Under the pieces are notes generated by a model, which did no database searches, was not told the DNA's origin, and was given only the letters and a program-made list of their open reading frames with translations. Shown here one piece after another: positions 42,111 to 54,689 of a stretch of DNA of 64,000 nt. A program made the translations under genes and the position numbers. Source of the stretch: Microbotryum violaceum (lineage: Eukaryota); the NCBI GenBank assembly GCA_001244265.2, contig CDLV01000011.1, forward strand, positions 682,001-746,000. The letters are read 5' to 3'. Within the stretch, counting starts at the first letter, position 1. Each line of letters opens with the position of its first letter.

Positions 42111-43118
42111 GTGCACCTCATAAGTAATAAGGGGCCACTAGTTCGTGTAAGACTCACCATCATCACGAATAACACTTTCCGAAGACTCGTAAGTTCGAAT
42201 TATGTCATAAATGTCATACAGCTTGTCGTACTCAGTCCATCCATTCAGTTCGTGTAGTTCCGTATACCATCAACTGATATGTGTACAACAGATCCTGTGT
42301 AGACCTTTTCTCATATTCGTTAATTTGGATACGACGGAGGGAGTACACACCGCGTCTATTGGGCCCGAGGGAGAGATCGGTCCCGGTCCCCGGAATCCTG
42401 GATCGGTCCCCGGCAGACAAACGCTTATTCTGAACGGTGTGCACTGTGTATAGAGAATGGATATCTAGTGAATCCCCTTCGGACGGTCGACATGGATCCA
42501 GCGCCAATCAGTCCTGCATCAATTCCTAGAGAGTAATTGAAGAGGCAAAATTGAGGCGGGGCTGTGCGGGCCGCACGCGGAGCTCAGATTGGCGAGCGCT
42601 CTGCGTTAACACTTTGACCTCTGCACACTCACGTCAACGCGACAACGCGCATTCTTGACCCACGCCACGCCCCGCATCTCAATACGTTGAAACCTCCCCG
42701 CGCCTGTTGAACAAACATCGATGCTATTGCCGTCTGGAGGTATGTGGACGCGTTTCCCCGCCTCACATCTCCCTCCTCATGGGCCTAATTGTGTTGCTCC
42801 ACCATGACGCGACCGTCAGACATACGCGTGGGATCTAGGGAAGGTTCTCCAGCAGAGTCTATTTCCTTTGGCGCTCATCCGAGTGAGTGCTCTTGTCTGG
42901 TGTGCCAACTGAGATCCCTTGTAGCAGGGCTGAGAGCAGAGTGCCAGTCATCAACCTCATCCTTCTATCTACTCAATCCTGACGGACAGCTGAAGAATTC
43001 TCAGTTCTCTCACACCTCTGGCAGGTCGGAGGGACGATCAAAGCCGTCGAGCCTCCTCACAAGCCAGTACAATTCTGGATGAACCGTCTCGACGCCCGAC
43101 TCGGAAGAAAAGCGGCGC

Positions 43119-44849
43119 ATGCCCGTGCCCCAAACCCCTTCGTCCGACTCCGACTCTGACGAGCCCAATTTGGGCGATTCCAATCAATCCTCGGCTGACG
43201 ACAGTGACAGTGAAAGTGACAGTCACAGTCACAGTGAGAGTGAGTTTGAAGATGTCGCGATCGACCATCGAAGAGCTATCAGGCTCTGGACGGCCATACA
43301 TGGCTCGCATCGGAACGCGACCGGTCGTACGAGTCAAAGAAAGTGGACCTCGCTGAAGCGCTGGGCCGCTCGAAGATATTACTCGGAGCTCAAGATGGCC
43401 GCGAGACTCGGCATATCCCATGCAAGGCTCGTTCAGGCCGTCAAAAAATTCAACAGGCTCGCTTCGAAGGGCAATGCGTGGTCTAGATTTCTCTCGGACC
43501 CTGTAATCAAGGTTTTACACCAGCGAGCAAGCAAGGGTGAGTCGGTCCTCCGGGCGCTTCCGGTCATGCCCACTCCACTCTCCTACGCTCTCGCTTATGC
43601 TTACCGCTGCGTCCGCAATGTCTGTTCTTACATACCCTGGGTGTGTCAAACGTGCTCAGAATTGGATCAGTCGAAAGCGCAATCCATCACCAAACTTGCC
43701 GCTCAACTCTGGAACTTCCTGAGAGACCAGGGGGACCTCGGATCTGCCCAAATTGGCGAGGACGATGAAGAGCTTGTTCGCGCGGCTTTTGCAGTGGCAG
43801 AGGCGGGAAATAATACGACTTTCACTTCGGTCGTACCACCCACCATCATCACACGGTCGCCATCCGACATTCCTTCCCCAACTCGGATGGAGCAATGCAA
43901 AAAGTACATTGCAGAATTGCAAGACCTGGCGCAACGCATGTCCAAGCTGTACGGAGTGGAAACCCTGGCCTGTATTGTCCCTCGTTATCAAGACGACGTG
44001 TCGCCAGCGACGAAGGCGACCGTGCATTCGATAGGTGGGCTCAGATTTGCGGCTCACTGCAACGACTTCAAGGATCCATCCGGCAATTCCTTGTTGTCTA
44101 ATTTTGCTTCCAAGATGAGCTGGGATGAGACACTCAAGGCCAATGAAGCGGCAGATCTGAAAGAGGGTGAGCCTTTCATCGCAAGTTATACGCGCATGAG
44201 ACCAAGTTACCGTTACCAATTATTTGACATATGTTTTCGTCTCATCTATCAGCAAAAACCCGCTCGATGGACAGTGCTACTCGTGGCGTTCTTGGCAAAT
44301 GGCACGGCACTCTGTTCCGCGCCCAACTCAGTAAGTAGTCTGCATCTGATCGGGCTCGACTCCGTGCTAATCATTTCCGTCTTTACAGACTCTGCTCTCG
44401 AGACTATACATCGCCGTTCCGACACGGGATCATCGACAGGCGCTTTCACACCTCAGAAGAAGATGATATGGTCTACCCAGGGCTTGAAGGCACTGGGTGT
44501 CAAATTGCGGATCAAGCCCGGAACGAAAATTAGATACGAAATGGCTCTGCATCATAGTGCAGAGACATCGCCCAAGCAAACCGTTGCTCAGCTCAAGGCT
44601 ATCATTGACGACCTCCGTCACGGCCACCTCGCTATCGTACCCTCGGTGGACCCGAACGACAACACGGAGGCAGAGGCAAGCGACGATGACTCGAATGGCG
44701 GAGAAGGACCCCTGAGCCCAAGATTTGGTGGAGCCGGGACGAAGGCGGAGAGGTACGCGGCGGAGAGGTACGCGGCGGAGAAAAAAGCGGAGAAGAAGAT
44801 AGAGAAAGAAATACCGAGGGGGTGGCGGAGGAGACCGGAGGATGAATGA
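43119..44849 (+). CDS. Transposon cargo/accessory protein, possibly with an HMG-box-like region
   Basis: 576-codon stop-free ORF, probably including in-frame introns, located inside the TIRs. KGNAWSRFLSD...ITKLAAQLWNFL resembles HMG-box helices. The 5' end is uncertain. Confidence 0.6.
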   Translation: MPVPQTPSSDSDSDEPNLGDSNQSSADDSDSESDSHSHSESEFEDVAIDHRRAIRLWTAIHGSHRNATGRTSQRKWTSLKRWAARRYYSELKMAARLGISHARLVQAVKKFNRLASKGNAWSRFLSDPVIKVLHQRASKGESVLRALPVMPTPLSYALAYAYRCVRNVCSYIPWVCQTCSELDQSKAQSITKLAAQLWNFLRDQGDLGSAQIGEDDEELVRAAFAVAEAGNNTTFTSVVPPTIITRSPSDIPSPTRMEQCKKYIAELQDLAQRMSKLYGVETLACIVPRYQDDVSPATKATVHSIGGLRFAAHCNDFKDPSGNSLLSNFASKMSWDETLKANEAADLKEGEPFIASYTRMRPSYRYQLFDICFRLIYQQKPARWTVLLVAFLANGTALCSAPNSVSSLHLIGLDSVLIISVFTDSALETIHRRSDTGSSTGAFTPQKKMIWSTQGLKALGVKLRIKPGTKIRYEMALHHSAETSPKQTVAQLKAIIDDLRHGHLAIVPSVDPNDNTEAEASDDDSNGGEGPLSPRFGGAGTKAERYAAERYAAEKKAEKKIEKEIPRGWRRRPEDE

Positions 44850-45807
44850 AGCAAAACATCGTTGATGGATTGAGACCGTTCTTGTGTCTTTCTTTGGGCA
44901 TATTATGCTCTGAATCGGCTGCAAGATAACCGATATTTGTTATGTCTCTGTGGTTTGTGACGCGTCTTTCAGTGTAGATCCTTGAGTTTAGTTTCAGATG
45001 ATTGTCATGCACGCATACAGCGTCTCAGCTGCCATCTTGATTGTGGCAATTAATCTTAACAGGATATGATCAAAATGCTCATTCTGTCAGGCTCAGCCAA
45101 GATCACTGGGCATACTCGACCCCCCTCCCAGCGCCCGGGGGCCCCTGTGTGCTCCGGGCGCCGGCATCCCGTTCATTTACGGACCCCTTCCAGAGATTAC
45201 GCTGGAGTCTTCCTTCACATCCAATCGTTCCGCCCTTTGTCCTACAGGGAATCGGGGCGCACCGCATGGGTCGCAGCACAACGGTGTGGCGCTCGCATCC
45301 AGGCAAGGCGACATCTCTGCGCATCTATTTACCTTTGGGTCAACGAAATTAGAATGGCTCTCGGGCCGACGCATCTCCTCTTTCTCCTTCTTCTTCTTCT
45401 GAAGTTGTGATGTACAACCAAATGGCCATACATCTTTTCCAACTTCAACCTCATCGCCGTTTCTTGCGCCTCTCGTTTCAAACACACTTTGGACCCGATC
45501 CCTCCTAATCATTCCTCATATCCTTGTATCCATGCTTCGTCCGAAGGCGCCGTACCATTGACCGTGTCTCGTTGCATAAGTCTGTTTGACCTTTTGGCCT
45601 ACCATTGTCTTCTTCCCTTAGATACAATCTGACTTCACCTTCAGGTCGGACCGGTTGCCACTGCATAACCCTTAACTGCCTGCGCGCCGCAAAATCGGAC
45701 GGTGGATGACTGTGAGGTCATTCGGTGGGACTGCAATACAGGGGTCAGACGACAGCTCGACCTCTCCTTCCATGTCCCATCCTGAATTCACCCATCGTCG
45801 TAACTAT

Positions 45808-45888
45808 AAGACCCAGCTGAAGACCCCAACTGAAGACCCAGCTGAAGACCCCAACTGAAGACCCAGCTGAAGACCCCAACTGAAGACC
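45808..45888. repeat. 25-bp minisatellite (AAGACCCAGCTGAAGACCCCAACTG) x~3 inside the KDZ element
   Basis: Read directly from the sequence. Confidence 0.92.
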
Positions 45889-47188
45889 AAGAAGATGACC
45901 ATCACAATGATGACAAGACGGTATGTCCCGTCGAAAAGAACTTTGAAAACACCCTCCCAGTTTGGGTACTTTCAGTCTGACTCCAACATGACGTGTTGTC
46001 CACCTTGGGCTTGAACTTTGATTGGTGTCACAAAAGACTATATGACCTGCCATTGCCGAAAACCACGGCGGGGCAGTCGGTCGGTCGATATTAGAAGGAG
46101 GCCCAGGCCGCAACAGCGTGCAGAACTCTCGAGCCGCCTAATGCGATGAGAAAACGTAGAGCAACGACAGAGAAAGGGGTGTATCAAGGTGAGTCTGACT
46201 CGCTCGTGGCTTCGTTCAGTCATACACAGCGCATTACTTTGGGCATGGGTGACTATGACTTGCTGCAGTTCGACTGTTGAAACGCAAGCGCCCGTGACGA
46301 CGTACTTCGCGTCGAGATTACAGTGAGTGTGTGAACTGCGCAGGAAGGAATTGTGACAAAGCAGTACGCTGGCTCTTAGCGACTTAGCAAAGAGTTCATT
46401 AACGTGCCACCAATAGCCACTCAAGGGATTCGTAACCCTCTCTCCCTATTATCGGTCCTCACCTCCCAACGAAAATCCCTCACCTTACCAGATGGGACGC
46501 TTCTCCAGCCCCCTGCTTTAGGGCCCAAAGGGATAATTCATATTATCATACCGAAAAAGATTGTTATGTTAGGGGTGATCAACTTCTGTTCCTCGCGTCT
46601 GAAAAGTCATCAACCAAGTGCCGAGGCAAACACTCAACGGACCTGGTCGAGTGTGAGGCTCGGAGTGGCCGTGGCAACACAACAGAAGACCTGTGTACGA
46701 CGTTGGGACTGTGAGCCGGATCAGGACTTCGTTCAAGTATACATCAAAATGTAGTCGGCAGTGTTGGAATATAATAAGTACTTTTGCAATCCCTGCTTGG
46801 GAAGTGTAACCCAACGCACGACACGGACTGCGCATGTGACTGACTGGCAGGGAGCGCGGTCTACATGTTGGAGATCTCAGCGCAGTCAGCGCAGCAAAGA
46901 TGCAATGGACGCTTGTGTTCACTCCCTCAGTGTAGCGCGCTCTTCCTCTAAATCTTACCGGTCGTGTTGGGCTCCAGCTGCCAGCTTTACTCGAGCGACA
47001 TTAGGCGAGCCACCGCAAGATCGAGCGATTTAGCGATGCTGGGTCTTGGATGTCTGATCGCTCTTGTTGCGCTTCCTGGCAAAGCGTCGTATAACGTGTA
47101 GAACTATTATCGAAATGAACGCATCATTGATCTCTTTACTATTGCAAGTAGCAACTGGGCGAAAGACTGCAACTATATATGATCAATA

Positions 47189-50100
47189 TCAAATCCCCCA
47201 AAAAATATCGCCATCGTCTTCGTCAAAATTCTCGATGATCTCGTCACTGAAGGCGCCGTAATCGATAGTGTCGACGGAATGATGACTCAGATCATCGCTC
47301 GAATGATCACTGATGTCAAGAAGGGTGTCATGATCCGTGGTGATGTCGTCCGACTCTCCGACCATCCCATCATTGATGCAGTCTGGCCATGTGTGAGCCG
47401 GCAAGCCACCCGTTGTGGTTCGTTGAAGAACATCAGCGTCGTCGGTGCACCACATTCGAAGCTCGACCCACTCCTCCATTTGCGGTTCGCTGGTTTGCCG
47501 GGTGCATTCCCACAGGTGATCTAGGCCGCCCTTCGAAAACCATTGGCGCGCAATATTTCTAAGACGCTCTTCTTCTTGCTCGAGCATCATCATCGCAGAG
47601 TAATCCTGCTCATCTCGTTGGAGTAATTGCTGGCGAACTTGCTGACACCTCTTGCGACGGCTTATCAGCCACCGTCCAATGCGACGCACTTCCCATCCAA
47701 GTCGTTTGATTTCTTGCTGGCATCTTGCGCGAGACAATACTGCTGGAATGCCGACACGAACATCATCATCGTAGGCCCACGGCTCAGTGGGATGACTATA
47801 TAATCCGTTGTTCCAGAGCGGCGCCAAGATGTCGAGTTTGAGCAGTTCGTTGAGATCCTCTGGGGCTGATGGCGGTACCCTTCGGGTTCTCAAGATCGAA
47901 TGGGAGTCCTGAGAATTGGCGAGGATGGCAGCATACTTTTTCACCTCGTCGTTATACATCGCCACTGCCTTCATGAGTCTTGGACGCAAAGAATTAAGAT
48001 TCTTGACCAGGAGACCAGCCGCTTTCGTACCTATGAGCAGGCATTGCTACACATCAGCGTTTCTTCTGCCGGCGCAGAAGACTCGTACCATGGATTTCCT
48101 ACCGAGGGCTTTACCGCCTAGGCGCGGGAGCCGCAGCCTCTCAGCTCCCTGTCGATATTGTACAACCAAGTCCCACAGCGAGCGAGATGCGACCATCAAC
48201 GTGCAGGCTGGTTCATAGTCTGTGCCAATCAAAGGTATTGAAATATTTAAGCGAGGACAACGGGGATCACACCGAAGGGTCAGAATGGAAGAAGGAAGTG
48301 ACGTACCAGGGTCCAGGACACTGATGTTCATGTCCGACGTGCGTAAGGAGTTCAGTCGATCATCAAGAACCTGCCGTTGTTTGACCAGCTGTTGAAGTTT
48401 AGTCGACTGTTCTATAAGCTTGTTCGTATCTATGGTGTTCACGCAGGCTAGGTCTTCCCTGTGTCAATCGAAAAATGAATACCGAAGCTAGGTTACCGGT
48501 TCGTGTCTCACTCCCAAACGACGACGATAGCTCAGACCCACCGGCATGCTGCGATGTCTTTGTTAACCAGCTCAAGCTTGAACATGACGTTGCGCATCTC
48601 GGCTACCTCTTTGCGCTGCTCTTTCAGAGGGATCTGCTTGGACGCTGCACGTTGCGCGTGCCATTGTTCAAGGAGGGTAGCGACCGTCCATTCGGAGCGA
48701 TTAACGACCTCAGCAATGACTCTGTCGGCTTCGGCCTTGAGCTTGATTGCGTTTTTGAGTCGAGAATTAAGTACGTTTGTAGCGTCACTGGTACGCGCAG
48801 GCCCCGTAGTACAATCCGTTTCTCCGACTTCAACTTCTTCGAAAATCCATTTCAACAGCGACACGGGATATACTAACCTGCGGCAGACCAAATTCGCTTA
48901 GTAGTGTCCTTGCCTGGAGTCACAGATGGCCGGTCCACACATACTTTTCACCTGATTGATGAAGGTTGCAAAGTCGCAGGCAATGATCATGACGGCACAC
49001 TGCAGCAACGAGGCCTGTGTCGGCCACTACATTTGACGAAGCGGAGGTCACACCACCATCTGCGGCCTTCCAGTTGGCTGTGCATTCGTCCTGTATGATA
49101 GAATAGCCCGTTTAGCAATCACAGAGAGTCGGGTCAACGCATTATTGGGTTCGGGTGACCCGACATCAGCAGCACCAAGGTACCTTCTCGCCCGCTTCAG
49201 TCGATCCGTCGATCAAAGCTTGCTCGTTTCGAATCTTGTCTGGTGGCAGGAATAACGCTGGACGTGACTTGAGAGGATCAGCAGTTGCCCGCGCGAATCG
49301 TCGATGCTGAAAATTGCCGTCGACAGCAATGATGACATCGAGGTCATTCTCGCTCTTGCCGGCTTCATCGATCCGAGGCCCAAAACATGCCGGACAAACG
49401 TCGGCCAGACGCTCGCGCGGGAGAGGCCGAGAATTTCGGCGGTCAAGGTAGCATAAATCGATATTCATCCATTGCGGCTTGAAGATGCTGACGCACGGTT
49501 GGACCCTGGGAAGCTTCCAATATTTTCTGTAAAAAACAGTGAATGTTTCCGGCCTGTCCCTGTGCAAGAGCCCACCTTGTTAAAAGGATCCTCTGAGGAT
49601 GATTCAGAGGACCAAAAGAGAATGAGCGCTTCGGACATGCCATAGATACCAAAAGGATCTACCCCCAGTAGGCGTCGAGATATTCGATCGTGCGAAAGAA
49701 GAATGCGGTGATGCCTTCTCTTTTTCGGATTGAAGATGACGACGTCGGGAGAAGACCGTGAGCTGCCAGGGTTTGGATCTCGGAATAGCGTGGGCAGTAT
49801 CGTAGTTCTCGCACGCCTGCTCATGGTTGGGGGATATAAAACCGGTCCAAGACGATAGCGTAAGGGTGATTGACAAAATACGTGCAACGTAAGCACTTAC
49901 CTGCAAAGAACAGGTCGACAACCCGGACCTTTCTGGTGACTCGGCGTTCATGACATGCGTCGCACCACCCCTCGTCGTCCGGGGAAGGGACAAACCCGCT
50001 CTGTCGGAGCACTTCTTTGGCCTTTTTCTTCATCAATAGGTACGCCTGGAGAAGGTCAGGTCGTTTTGACGCCATAGTCTTAGCTTCGGCCCTCGCAGTC

Positions 50101-50809
50101 CGGCGACGATTGCGCTGCTTCTTGGCGTTCCTCTCGATCCGCGATCGCTTAAGTGAAGAGGGCGCTTGGTCTTGAGAAGCACCGTCTGGGTGGAATGGCG
50201 AATGCTCCGGTCCAGATGAGTATCCACCGCCGAAATCGCGACCGAAGTCGTAGTCGGGCTCAAAGTCGGGCGCGCTGTTAGGCTTGAAGTTGTGCTCGAA
50301 GCCGCCGGTCTCGGTGTCTAGAGGCCACGCCGTTGCGCCATCGGCAATGTCAGTCCACGGCTCGGACGATGATTTGTGGAGGCCGGCAATGGATTTCTCC
50401 GAATGCTCCTTCCGACGACGCGTTGACCTCTGGACTGATGGTGATAGGGGAGGGCCCGGCTGACGTTTCGGACGCCTCTTCGTTGCAGAGCGGAAAATGC
50501 CGAAGTTGAAGCCGAACGTCTTGTCGAACAGCTCGCTATCCGGGGACAACGATGGCCCCCTTTTCCGTACTCGCCTGGTCCATAATCTCCTCCTCTTCTT
50601 ATTCTTCGTCTTCGCCTCCTCCTCCGTTCCGACCGACGTCGTGGCCCCATTCTCGCACGTGTCCTTGTTGCTGCTGGTCACCTTCTTCCTCCTCCTCACG
50701 GTCGTGCTCTTCTTGCGCTTGGTCTTGTCAGGCGTTTTCCCTTCTCTGTTCCGACTGGCGATGCTGAGCTAGGTTGTAGAGGTGGTGGTGTGTGTGGTAG
50801 GATGTCCAT
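47189..50809 (-). pseudogene. CxC1-KDZ transposase, frameshifted and with the catalytic core internally deleted
   Basis: WCDAC..KVRVVD (CxC1 start), LADVCPACFG, IIAVDGNFQHRR, CTANWKAAD..DTGLVAAVCRHD..N..SGEK, C-terminal LWNNGLYSHPTEPWAYD..GI..RCQQEIKRLGWE. The YDIxC, FHAYxH and DGEGxERxWS motifs were not found. Confidence 0.9.
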
Positions 50810-50934
50810 GCTTGAAGCAATGGGTGCGAGCCTGCAAGGCCTTGGTTGGAGGGAAGTGGGGGGAACTCGTGGTGCTGAGGCAGATGGACCATGAGCGGGG
50901 ATAAGTAGCAAGTGCCCGGATTAGTGACCACTTT

Positions 50935-51078
50935 TGCCTCCGGGGGCTGGGGGTTGGCAGGGCAATGGTGCACCTAGCCCGCACCAACGTTTTCCTGGGC
51001 CAAATCTTCAAAAAGCTCCCTAAACTCGCCGCGCGCGGGGTAGTATATTTGTTAGGCTTATTTTGACCCGCATAGGTG
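50935..51078 (-). repeat. Right terminal inverted repeat of the KDZ element
   Basis: Its reverse complement aligns with 41968-42110; it ends ...CATAGGTG immediately before the TSD. Confidence 0.85.
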
Positions 51079-51160
51079 TTTTCGGGCCCCCGTTGACTCG
51101 AACGACCCGCGAACGCTCTTCCTCATGCGCGCACACACACACTCCACCACTTCATTCAAG

Positions 51161-53399
<2,239 letters not shown>

Positions 53400-54689
53400 T
53401 CGGACGGTGATGATGGGGCGTGGGCACCGGACCCTCTGATGGCGTACGTTTGCTCTTTCGGCAGTAGCCGAACAACAATCGTACTTGCAGCATGCAATAC
53501 AGCTTCATTTGTGGCATGGGTTCGGTGGACCGGAGTGAAGTCTCCCGGCCTCACTCCGAAGTTCTCCTTCAGGATCTACATGTGGCATGGAGCGACACCG
53601 CAAAAGTATCTGTCGAGGAAGCGAGGTATCTAAAGTACCTGTATAAAATGAGGTCGGAAATGCGGCAAAGGGCTCTGTACAGCGAGTTCGAAGCAGAGAC
53701 TCGTTCGGAGAATTTGGCACTCTCGGGAACGCCGCCCCGCCCTCTCACTTCACCCTCCACTCCGAGTCGTGCTGAGGTGAGCTTGCTAATGGCTGCATTA
53801 AAATAAATCGACCTCATCGGGAAGAACCGCGCGGGGCAAAGGGGGAGTGATTTCCGGAAGTCGCTGGAAATGCGAGCAGAGTGCTCGACCTCCGAAACTC
53901 TTGGCGCTCGAGAATCGGCGTCAGACGGCAGCCCATCGACGGTGCAGCCTTGGCGGTTTGACGAATCAGGGTTTGGCGCAGGACTTAGACTTTTGGCGTC
54001 TAGGGATCCAACTAATCCCGAAACTCTGTGATCCAGAGTATCCGGAGTCCTGACTCCTCACGCCGCTTTGGCTGGAAATTCACCAGACCAACGATGAGTC
54101 TGCCCATGCAGTAGCGATCCCGGCCCGTCAATGTGGTTTTTATCAGGCAGGTACCTACCAGGGGTACAGGGTAAAATTTAATCGTAACGGAACAGATAAC
54201 CAGTGCTTTTATGCAGCAGCAAAGGGCAAATTTTGATCATGCAAGTCTAATGACCGGCGTCGACGCCGCTCACGACGGGTTGCCGACGCCTAACGCTTCC
54301 GCGACCCAGTGATCGCCAAATGAGTTTGGCTTGGCGTTTTGTCTGATCGGGTCGATTGCGCACTGAAGGAGCGGGGGCCTGGCGGATACGCGGTCATGCC
54401 GTGCCGTAAGTGATATGCAGAGACATGGAGAAAATCGGAACTAGTCGGTAGCCTCCCCCCCAGGTCCTTGCATTCCCCCGCCTCTCGAAGGCGGCCGCGC
54501 CCCGCAAACTCGCCAATGCTTCGCCTTGTCGACCAGGCTGACCGGCGCGATTGCCGATCGTCGTGTCGGACGTGGGGTACAATAATTATCCACTAGGCAC
54601 ATCTAGCTTTCTTTCTCCCCTTTATTACTTCTCATACTTGAGCAACTTGGTCCCTTGTGCACCGGACACTACCCTACAGACCGCCCAAG

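Larger units (their letters stand above)
41968..51078 (-). mobile_element. KDZ-superfamily (CxC1/Kyakuja-type) DNA transposon, 9111 bp, probably non-autonomous
   Basis: Direct repeat TTTTCGGG at 41960-41967 and 51079-51086; CA...TG termini; imperfect inverted repeats of about 140 bp; internal KDZ transposase remnants. Confidence 0.9.

Noticed and set aside
45808-45888. CRISPR-like or telomeric array
   Set aside because: Head-to-tail repeats with no spacers in a eukaryotic TE, and no TTAGGG tract.
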